Part shown: piece after piece, positions 9,789-17,497 of the stretch | Position numbering within the stretch: the first letter of the stretch is position 1 | Layout of the letters: the number at the start of each line of letters is the position of its first letter | Assembly (NCBI GenBank): GCA_903919925.1 | Contig: CAIXKO010000904.1 | Location: 1,625 to 65,624 of the forward strand | Direction: 5' to 3' | DNA length: 64,000 bases | Origin: an uncultured Bacteroidota bacterium | GTDB taxonomy: Bacteria; Bacteroidota; Bacteroidia; Bacteroidales; UBA12481 | Notes under the pieces: generated by a model | The model's input: only the letters and a program-made list of their open reading frames with translations | What the model was told of the DNA's origin: nothing | Databases searched by the model: none | Translations under genes and position numbers: made by a program

Positions 9789-10730
9789 ATGAAGATCAGA
9801 TTATTGATACCATTTATATTCTTGCTTTTTACCGCTTGCACACCCTATCAGAACCTTCCCAAAATCAGCAAGATGAGTGAGTTAAAATACGATTTCCCTG
9901 TGCATTATGCCGAATTAAGCAAAGGGATCAAGCTTGCCTATATTGATGAAGGGAAAGGGGCTGAAACGATCATTATGATACATGGGTTGGGCAGTTATTT
10001 ACCGGCATGGAAAAAAAACATTGGTGAACTGAGCAAGCATTTCCGGGTTATCGCGGTTGACCTTCCCGGATATGGTAAATCATCGAAGGCTCCTCACAGC
10101 GGGTTAATGTCATTTTATGCAGGTGTTATTGCCGATTTGATCACTAATTTGAAATTAGGTCCGGTTAATCTTGCGGGCCATTCCATGGGAGGGCAAATCT
10201 CACTGGTTCTGGCGCTGGAAAAACCCGGATTGGTTAAGAGGCTGATACTGGTAGATCCGGCAGGTTTTGAAGCCTTTCATGCCGGCCAAAAAAACTGGTT
10301 TAAGGATGTTATGACCCCGAATCTGGTTCGATTGACCACTGTTGACGCCATTGAAACCAATCTGGCAAGCAATTTTTACCGCATGCCAGTTGATGCCAGG
10401 TTTATGATTGAAGACCGGATAGCGATGCGCGATGCCGATGATTTCGAAGCTTATTGTTTGGCAGTTGCCCGCTCAGTGCACGGCATGGTAGAGGAAGCAG
10501 TTCTCGATAAGCTCCCGGAAATCAGGATACCCACGTTGATATTTTTTGGTGAAAACGATATGCTGATACCAAACCGGTACCTTAATCCCGGCTTTACCCG
10601 TAAAATCGCTGAAACCGGTGCAGGCTTGATCAAAGGCAGTAAGCTGGTGATGGTTCCCAAATGCGGGCATTTTATGATGTTTGAGAAACCGGAAGTGTTT
10701 AACTCAGGCGTTTTGGACTTCATTAGGTAG
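9789..10730 (+). CDS. Alpha/beta-hydrolase-fold lipoprotein (esterase/lipase-like)
   Basis: Preferred start MKIRLLIPFIFLLFTAC (lipobox) at 9789; the track start 9732 overlaps the OMP gene. HGLGS oxyanion region, GHSMGG nucleophile elbow and a late GH (CGHFMM). Confidence 0.8.
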   Translation: MKIRLLIPFIFLLFTACTPYQNLPKISKMSELKYDFPVHYAELSKGIKLAYIDEGKGAETIIMIHGLGSYLPAWKKNIGELSKHFRVIAVDLPGYGKSSKAPHSGLMSFYAGVIADLITNLKLGPVNLAGHSMGGQISLVLALEKPGLVKRLILVDPAGFEAFHAGQKNWFKDVMTPNLVRLTTVDAIETNLASNFYRMPVDARFMIEDRIAMRDADDFEAYCLAVARSVHGMVEEAVLDKLPEIRIPTLIFFGENDMLIPNRYLNPGFTRKIAETGAGLIKGSKLVMVPKCGHFMMFEKPEVFNSGVLDFIR

Positions 10731-10755
10731 CATCAACCAAATAGCAAAAAGATGG

Positions 10756-10792
10756 AGATGGGAGCTCAAATGAATGGCTCCCATCTTTTTTT
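10756..10792 (+). terminator. Rho-independent terminator after the hydrolase gene
   Basis: AGATGGGAGC (10756-10765) pairs with GCTCCCATCT (10777-10786) across an 11-nt loop. It runs into a T tract through 10792. Confidence 0.8.
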
Positions 10793-10820
10793 GCCGTATT
10801 TTCAACCCAAAATCCGATTT

Positions 10821-12254
10821 ATGAGGTTGAAACTTGCCACATTCAGCGATTTTGCCAATCAGCTTTATCCGCACGAAGCCGATTATCTGGCAAGCATCCA
10901 AAATTTCAGTAAAGGAATTAACAGCCAGATAATCAATACTATCAAATTCAATAGTCATAATCCTCAGAAGCCCAGGATATTTGATCCTACCATTGATAAG
11001 CGCACCTATTCTTATGTTAAAAGCTGGATTGTTCAATCGTTGGACAAGGCGGATGTGGACAAATTCTTTGAGTGGCTAGCCTATACAGAAAAACAAGTAA
11101 TACTCGATTCCATAACACCAGACGAGGAGAAAGAAATTCTGTCATTCATAAAAACCATTGGTCCATCGCAGTATTTTTTTCTTCGTTTTTATGAACTGCT
11201 TCAGTATTTCAGGGATTATCTGCTGATCAGACTCAGAAACCGGATATACAAACCTGTTAATGATTACTTACAAAAGCATGAAGCTGCCTATCATCATGGT
11301 ATGGCGATTAATATTCAGTTGAACCAGGCAGCGGAAGAAATCATCAGACAGCATGAAACACTTGATGCAGAACCAATTCACTACAGCGATTTCTTAAAAA
11401 CCACTTTCAGCAATCCCAATTTGGATGGCTATACCCGATATCGCGCAGCGGTAAGGCTCACCTTCCTTTATTACAATTATCGTGAATTTGAAAACCTTAG
11501 GGTGGTATATGATGAGTTAGACACGCTGTTTAAAACAGATGTCTTTTATTCAAAACGTATACTCGCAAATTACTACTCAAATAGGGCAATGATGCACAGC
11601 AAACTCAATGAATTAGGGCTAGCTGAGCAATACGGGCACCTTTCGATCCGGCAAAAAAACAGCGATTATTTGTTTTACCTGGCCAATCTTTGCGGGGTAT
11701 TGCTGCGAAGCGGTAAATATGAGAAGGCCCTTAAACTCATGAGTTCATCGATTCCGGAATTAAAGAAAACCAGCAGTTTTTATAATAAAATCGGATTTGC
11801 CAGTTTTTACACCCGAACGTTGGTGTTTAATAAAATGGCGAAAAACGCCGTCAGTTACGCAAGCACATTCCTGGATGCCTATAAAAAGGAGATTTTCGAA
11901 ACCCGCTGGCATCTTTTTTTCTCTGCCTACCTGCAGGCACTGCTGAACGCTGAAAACTACAGCCGGCTTTTATCGGTTGCCAAGAGGTACAATCTTTTGG
12001 CTCTGGAGAAAAAAATCATTGATAAAACGGTTTACATGCCTTTGCTTCTTTGGTATAATGAGGTGGCACTATACATGGAAGGCCAGCAGAGCAAAGAGAA
12101 ACTGGTGGAAACTATTTTGTCATCAGCCCGGATGTTGCTCCAGAATAAATACAAAGCCGGAAGAATTTATGAATTACTGGAGAATCTATCAGATTCCATT
12201 CCTTCAGAGGTTGCAGTTATCCGTCAAAAACTTTGTGAGGTTCAGAACAATTAG
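10821..12254 (+). CDS. Hypothetical all-helical (TPR-like) protein
   Basis: 477 aa from the ATG at 10821 (MRLKLATF...). The longer track ORF from 10752 would include the terminator hairpin. No signal peptide and no catalytic motif recognised. Confidence 0.6.
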   Translation: MRLKLATFSDFANQLYPHEADYLASIQNFSKGINSQIINTIKFNSHNPQKPRIFDPTIDKRTYSYVKSWIVQSLDKADVDKFFEWLAYTEKQVILDSITPDEEKEILSFIKTIGPSQYFFLRFYELLQYFRDYLLIRLRNRIYKPVNDYLQKHEAAYHHGMAINIQLNQAAEEIIRQHETLDAEPIHYSDFLKTTFSNPNLDGYTRYRAAVRLTFLYYNYREFENLRVVYDELDTLFKTDVFYSKRILANYYSNRAMMHSKLNELGLAEQYGHLSIRQKNSDYLFYLANLCGVLLRSGKYEKALKLMSSSIPELKKTSSFYNKIGFASFYTRTLVFNKMAKNAVSYASTFLDAYKKEIFETRWHLFFSAYLQALLNAENYSRLLSVAKRYNLLALEKKIIDKTVYMPLLLWYNEVALYMEGQQSKEKLVETILSSARMLLQNKYKAGRIYELLENLSDSIPSEVAVIRQKLCEVQNN

Positions 12255-12273
12255 GATTAAAACGATCGTAAAT

Positions 12274-13083
12274 TCAGACGGCGGAGTCTTTTGGGATGGT
12301 AAAAATAAAGGTACTTCCTTTCCCTTCTTCACTCTCCACCCAAATCTGTCCATTATGTTGTTCAACAAAATCCTTGCAGATAATCAGTCCCAGGCCAGTG
12401 CTGGGTTCACCATCGGTTCCTGGCCTGCCGGTTTGTCCCGATATCTTAAACAACTGATCCACCAGCTCTTTTTTCATGCCGATGCCTGTGTCACGAACTC
12501 TTATTTCAATCAAATCTCCTTCCCGTTTCCTGGCTGACACATCTACATTACCTCCTTTTTGAGTGAATTTTACCGCGTTTAGCACCAGGTTACGTAGAAC
12601 AGTCTCAAACATTCGCTTATCAGCAAACACCTCGAGATAATCCGGAATCGTTATTTCCATTTCTATATTCTTGCTGTGTGCAGAATCCCTGGTTAACTGA
12701 AGGCATTCCATAACCTGAGTTGCCAAATTGAAAGTCACTGGGTTATAGCTGAACATTCCCCTTTGCATACTTGCCCAGTCCAACAAATTATCCAATAACC
12801 CATAAAGGCTTGTAGCTGAATTATTCAGCAACCTAGCCATTTTTTCAAGCCTCTCGGGCGGCAGAGTTTTTGCATCCTCGGCCATCAAACCGGTAAGGCC
12901 CATAAACGACGTAATCGGACTCCGCAAGTCATGCGCAATAATGGAAAAGAACTTGTCCTTTTCTGCAATAAATCCAGATAGTTCTTCATTCTTCGCTTTT
13001 AGAGCCGCAAAGTAGTTACCTGACATTTTGAAATATTTATATATTCCCACAATTCCTAATACCAAAATCATCAGGTGTGCCAA
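12274..13083 (-). CDS. Sensor histidine kinase, catalytic fragment (HisKA + HATPase_c); downstream part of a frameshifted gene
   Basis: H-box FSIIAHDLRSPIT, N-box LNAVKFT, G1 VRDTGIGM and G2 GLGLIICK. This frame stays open upstream of the nominal TTG start to at least 13170. Confidence 0.85.
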   Translation of the reverse strand: MAHLMILVLGIVGIYKYFKMSGNYFAALKAKNEELSGFIAEKDKFFSIIAHDLRSPITSFMGLTGLMAEDAKTLPPERLEKMARLLNNSATSLYGLLDNLLDWASMQRGMFSYNPVTFNLATQVMECLQLTRDSAHSKNIEMEITIPDYLEVFADKRMFETVLRNLVLNAVKFTQKGGNVDVSARKREGDLIEIRVRDTGIGMKKELVDQLFKISGQTGRPGTDGEPSTGLGLIICKDFVEQHNGQIWVESEEGKGSTFIFTIPKDSAV

Positions 13084-13145
13084 TGAAAGATAAAAAATCT
13101 GACTTCTGTTTGATGCCGAATAAATGGATGATGGAAATGAAATGC

Positions 13146-13706
13146 TTATTCCACCCGGATATCTCCTACTTTATAACTTTGTATTGCATGGCATTTTAAG
13201 CAACTTTCTTCGGTTATAAGCGGGGCCATATAACGATATAGTGATGAGGAATCATTTTCCACCAGTTCCAGAAATTCTTGTTCCTTATTTTCGAAGGCCA
13301 AAAGAGCTTTTCTCTCCCAATCATCGGGTTTGTTTTCCGGACGGATAGGTTTCAGGCTCGTTATATGAAATTGAAGGTCATTTTTTGATTTATTAATTTC
13401 AGCGATTTGCCTGGTCATAAAGGACGGATTGACTTTGGTAAGTTTCATGCCGTTAATAGTTTCAATGTCCCTTAATGGATCATTTAAGTAAGAATTTGGC
13501 TGGGTTAATGAATCTATTGGTACATAAACACCCCCATGTAAAGAATTCCAATTTCTGGTAATCACAATTTCATCAAAAAACGCTTTGGCTTTGTTCCCAA
13601 CCAACTTTAAGGTGTGGGATTCAACTATATAATGGTTCCAGGCGAGCGACAAAGCAATAACCAGTATCCAAAGGGATGAAATAATTATTAGATGCTTTGT
13701 GTTCAT
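13146..13706 (-). CDS. DUF3365-like heme-c sensor domain protein; upstream part of a frameshifted sensor kinase
   Basis: 186 aa. N-terminal TM helix and a CXXCH motif (CLKCH). Ends ...VGDIRVE*, right where the kinase frame reads PGGISISFP. Confidence 0.75.
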   Translation of the reverse strand: MNTKHLIIISSLWILVIALSLAWNHYIVESHTLKLVGNKAKAFFDEIVITRNWNSLHGGVYVPIDSLTQPNSYLNDPLRDIETINGMKLTKVNPSFMTRQIAEINKSKNDLQFHITSLKPIRPENKPDDWERKALLAFENKEQEFLELVENDSSSLYRYMAPLITEESCLKCHAIQSYKVGDIRVE

Positions 13707-13744
13707 AAATCTTCTTTAAGCAAGATTATTAAAATTTCTTTTCA

Positions 13745-15067
13745 TTATCGGGCTATCTGAATCTTAACTCTTTTATTTTTTATCTTTTCATCCGAAATAT
13801 TGAGTAAAAGGTCATCTATCCTATCTCTTTTAACTGCGGCATAAGAAAGGTTATCATTTACATCGATTAAACCCAATTCATCTTTTTGCAATTTTCCGGT
13901 TTTCATAAAAAACCCTGCGATATCCATTTTATTTATTTTATCCTTTTTACCGGCCCCGATATAAACGGTTATCCAGGGAGGATTTCCAGGTGGATCAAAT
14001 TCGGGATTAATAGTAAACACATCCGGAACCTGAGAAATATAATCTGGAAGTACCTCATCTGCTGATACAATAATAAATGTTGTTCCGGTAGCATTCATTC
14101 GGGCAGTGCGACCATTACGGTGAATAAATGCATCGCCTTTTGATGGAAGATGGTAATGAATAATATTTTTAATTTCCGGAATATCGAGACCCCTGGAAGC
14201 CAGGTCGGTGCTGATTAGGAAGTTATTGCTGCCATTACGGAAGCGGATTAAAGCACTTTCGCGATCGGGCTGCTCCAATCCGCCATGGAAGTATTCATTG
14301 ATTACCGATTTACTGCTCAGGAATTGGCTAACCCGCTCAACCGATTCTTTATGGTTACAAAAGATCAATGTTGATCCGCTGCCCAAATTACCGATCAACT
14401 TATATAGTGTCAGCAATTTATCGCGATCTTCGGAAACAACCATTTTAACCGAAAGATGATCAATTTTATCCTGATCGATTGAAAAATTGAGTTTTGACAC
14501 CGTTCTTAATCCAACAAAGTCAGGAATATCGATGGATTGAGTGGCTGAGGTCAGGATGCGTTTTCTTACTGATTTGATTTTGCGGATAATAAATGACATT
14601 TCTTTTTCAAAGCCAAACTCCAAAGATTTATCAAATTCATCTAAAACCAGATTATAAATGGAATCGATATCAAAATTCTCCCTGTCGATATGATCGGCAA
14701 TACGGCCAGGAGTTCCAATCAGGACTGCTGGGGGCTCGGACAGGTTCTTTTTTTCAATGCTCATAGAATGACCGCCATAGCAGCAATTCACCTTGAATCC
14801 AGTGCCTAGTGTCCGGAAAACCTGTTCAATTTGCAGGGCAAGTTCACGTGAGGGAGCCAATATCAAAGTCTGCACTTTATTCAGGTCCGGATCCAATTTA
14901 CGGACCAGGGGAATCAGGAAGGCCAGGGTTTTGCCCGATCCGGTTGGAGCAACCAGTACCACATCGCCTCTTTCCTCAATAGCCTTAATGGAAGCCAATT
15001 GCATTTCATTCAGCTGTTCAATCTTTAAGTTGGCGAGCAGCTTGCTGATGGTGATTTCGTTTTGCAT
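13745..15067 (-). CDS. DEAD-box family ATP-dependent RNA helicase with a DbpA-like C-terminal RNA-binding domain
   Basis: Start MQNEITIS at 15067. Motif I APTGSGKT, motif II DEFD (14630-14641), SAT, HRNGRTAR. The C-terminal KMDIAGFF...YAAV region resembles a DbpA RBD. Confidence 0.85.
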   Translation of the reverse strand: MQNEITISKLLANLKIEQLNEMQLASIKAIEERGDVVLVAPTGSGKTLAFLIPLVRKLDPDLNKVQTLILAPSRELALQIEQVFRTLGTGFKVNCCYGGHSMSIEKKNLSEPPAVLIGTPGRIADHIDRENFDIDSIYNLVLDEFDKSLEFGFEKEMSFIIRKIKSVRKRILTSATQSIDIPDFVGLRTVSKLNFSIDQDKIDHLSVKMVVSEDRDKLLTLYKLIGNLGSGSTLIFCNHKESVERVSQFLSSKSVINEYFHGGLEQPDRESALIRFRNGSNNFLISTDLASRGLDIPEIKNIIHYHLPSKGDAFIHRNGRTARMNATGTTFIIVSADEVLPDYISQVPDVFTINPEFDPPGNPPWITVYIGAGKKDKINKMDIAGFFMKTGKLQKDELGLIDVNDNLSYAAVKRDRIDDLLLNISDEKIKNKRVKIQIAR

Positions 15068-15112
15068 TCCGCAAAGGTAACGCAATGAGGTGAATTTAAT
15101 TACTTACAATGG

Positions 15113-17497
15113 TTAATGGCTCTTATCAGGCATAAGCGCCTCAAAACTACAACGAAGAGAGTAGCCCAGGTTATCCGTTAAAACCAATGAGTGCTTACCG
15201 GGTTGCGGCTGAACGGTCATTTTGTGTATCACAGAGGTCACCCCGAGGTACTCTTCATCGAGATACCAGAATAGTTTTGAAGACGGATCGCGGTGGGTAG
15301 CCTCAAAAATCACACTCCCCCGGGCGGAATCTCTTTCAAGTGGCACGTACAGCTTATCACCCGGATGGGGATAGATCAGGTCGAAAGGCAACTCGGCATC
15401 TGAAGGTTCGCACCCTGGCATCCACGGTGGAAGTGTTTGATAGAATGGATTTTTTGCCCGATAATACCTGGCCATTGCGGGTGGAAGAACAAACCGTGAC
15501 GAGGTGTTTATCCGGGAAACAGGGTAGCATTTACTGTTCACCCTGTACCGGCCGGATTCATCCAGATTTACCGGTACATGATAGGGGCAAACCCGGGTCT
15601 CCATGCATTGGGCCGGAGCCCAAATGGTATCCGGATCACCACAATACCTCGATGCCCTCATTCCGGATTGCTTGCATACCGGCACCGCGGTTAACTCCTC
15701 CCAGGGAACTTGAAACCAACCACCATGCGGCAAAACTCCAAACAGATCAAACATCACAGGAGCTGCCACCTGGTAACCGGTAAGCCCTGTGCGTCCCTCG
15801 CCATCAGCATTTCCAACCCACACGCCAACCAGAAAATCACGGGTCAACCCTACCGCCCAGGCATCGCGAAAACCAAAACTTGTTCCGGTTTTATAGGCTA
15901 TCGGGGAGGCCGACATATAAGATTCCCAGCCAGCCTCCGATTCAGGCCGTTTTACGTTACGCATGGCATCAAAAGCAAGATAAACAGAGGCCAGACTCAA
16001 TAGGTGCTGCTGCTTTCGGGGAGGCTCTGCCATTTTGCCTTCCAATTCAATATTCAATTCACCAATCGCATAATCGGGAACGTTACGGTGCGTTTCGGAT
16101 TCAATCAGCGTTCGGGCCCAGCCGCTGTAAATTCTGCAAATATCCCATAGAGTGATCTCGGCACCTCCTAAAATAAGGGACAACCCATAATGACTGGAAG
16201 AAAACGTTAAAGTTGGCATCCTTAGTTCTTTCAGTGTATTATAAAACCGGTCGAGTCCAAAATCGCGCAACATCAAAACCGCTGGTATGTTCAGTGAGCG
16301 AATGAGTGCCTCTTTTGCCGGCACTGCTCCATCGTATTCCAGACTGAAATTTTTTGGAGTAAAGCTCTGGATAGTTACGGGAATATCCGGCACCAGTGTG
16401 TTTGGCAAAATTTCTCCTGCATTAATCAGTGATGCATATAAGATAGGTTTCAGCAGACTACCGCTGCTTCTGGGCTGCCTGATAACATCAACCATCGGAC
16501 TGTTCCCGGGTGAATCGCCACCGGTATTACCAATGTATGCCAGAACCTGGCCGGTGGGATTATTCAAAATGATAACAGCCATATTATGTATTTGATTACC
16601 GCTCAGCCTTGCAGAATGTGTGTTCATGATTCTTTGCGCAGCCTCCTGATATCTTGGATCGATAGTGCTCCTGATGACATTTCCATGACGCGTTCCGGCC
16701 ATCCATTCAGTAAAATGACCGGCAATATCGGGTAATGGAAAAGGTTTGGCAGGAAGATCTTCCGCTATGGAAAGTTCATAATTCATGCTATCGATCCGAC
16801 CTCTTTTCAAAAGAATGGCCAGCAACCGATTACGCTTTTGGCGGAGGGCCTCACGGTTTCGGCCAGGGTAAATAAGTGAAGGAGCGTTTGGCAATACGGC
16901 CAGAGTAGCTGATTCAGCCCAGGAAAGATTGGAAGGACTTCGGCCAAAATAGCGCCACGATGCTGCTTCCAGTCCAACCACGTTACTACCAAATGGAGCA
17001 TGGGAACTATATAGCCTGATTATATTATCTTTTGATTCAGAACTTTCCAGCCTTACTGCCATAACCATTTCAATCGATTTTTGCCAAAGATTCCGTGGTT
17101 TAGCCCCTCTGGCCAAACGTATCACCTGCATGGAGATAGTTGATCCACCGCTTACAATTTTATGATTTCTGATATTCTGTCTGATTGCCCGACCCATAGC
17201 AAGCGGATTTATTCCAGGATGCTTCCGGAAATGCCGGTCCTCAAATTCAGTGATGCAAGTTTCAAATTTCACAGGAACACTATCGACTGAGGCAAACCGC
17301 CATTGACCGTCATCAGCAATCCGGGCACCAATGAGGTTTCCGCAACGATCATAGACTACCGTACTGGTAGGGGAATCAAACAATGGATTGGGCAGGATAA
17401 GCAGAAAACCACCTCCCACCACCAACAATACGGACACGATCAACCAATTGCGGAGCCGTACTTTTTTTATCCAGGAAACTATCCTGTACGGCTTCAT
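15113..17497 (-). CDS. pbpC: Penicillin-binding protein 1C (glycosyltransferase + transpeptidase-like + C-terminal domain)
   Basis: GT51 motifs (EDRHFRKHPGINP, GGSTISMQ) and an SxxK-type SGSLLKP. The ATG at 17497 overlaps the upstream stop as ATGA. The track start 17515 is a GTG. Confidence 0.9.
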   Translation of the reverse strand: MKPYRIVSWIKKVRLRNWLIVSVLLVVGGGFLLILPNPLFDSPTSTVVYDRCGNLIGARIADDGQWRFASVDSVPVKFETCITEFEDRHFRKHPGINPLAMGRAIRQNIRNHKIVSGGSTISMQVIRLARGAKPRNLWQKSIEMVMAVRLESSESKDNIIRLYSSHAPFGSNVVGLEAASWRYFGRSPSNLSWAESATLAVLPNAPSLIYPGRNREALRQKRNRLLAILLKRGRIDSMNYELSIAEDLPAKPFPLPDIAGHFTEWMAGTRHGNVIRSTIDPRYQEAAQRIMNTHSARLSGNQIHNMAVIILNNPTGQVLAYIGNTGGDSPGNSPMVDVIRQPRSSGSLLKPILYASLINAGEILPNTLVPDIPVTIQSFTPKNFSLEYDGAVPAKEALIRSLNIPAVLMLRDFGLDRFYNTLKELRMPTLTFSSSHYGLSLILGGAEITLWDICRIYSGWARTLIESETHRNVPDYAIGELNIELEGKMAEPPRKQQHLLSLASVYLAFDAMRNVKRPESEAGWESYMSASPIAYKTGTSFGFRDAWAVGLTRDFLVGVWVGNADGEGRTGLTGYQVAAPVMFDLFGVLPHGGWFQVPWEELTAVPVCKQSGMRASRYCGDPDTIWAPAQCMETRVCPYHVPVNLDESGRYRVNSKCYPVSRINTSSRFVLPPAMARYYRAKNPFYQTLPPWMPGCEPSDAELPFDLIYPHPGDKLYVPLERDSARGSVIFEATHRDPSSKLFWYLDEEYLGVTSVIHKMTVQPQPGKHSLVLTDNLGYSLRCSFEALMPDKSH

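Noticed and set aside
10752-10820. Longer start for the 477-aa hypothetical protein (track ORF from 10752)
   Set aside because: It would translate straight through the terminator hairpin and T tract (10756-10792). The ATG at 10821 is preferred.
11977-12537. 186-aa + strand ORF spanning the convergent gene junction
   Set aside because: It is out of frame over the end of the 477-aa gene and then antisense to the histidine-kinase ATPase domain. It has no motif, start context or compositional support.
15340-16595. Several 90-150-aa + strand ORFs inside pbpC
   Set aside because: They are antisense to a well-supported conserved gene. Their Arg/Pro/Ser-rich composition is typical of antisense frames, and they have no independent signals.
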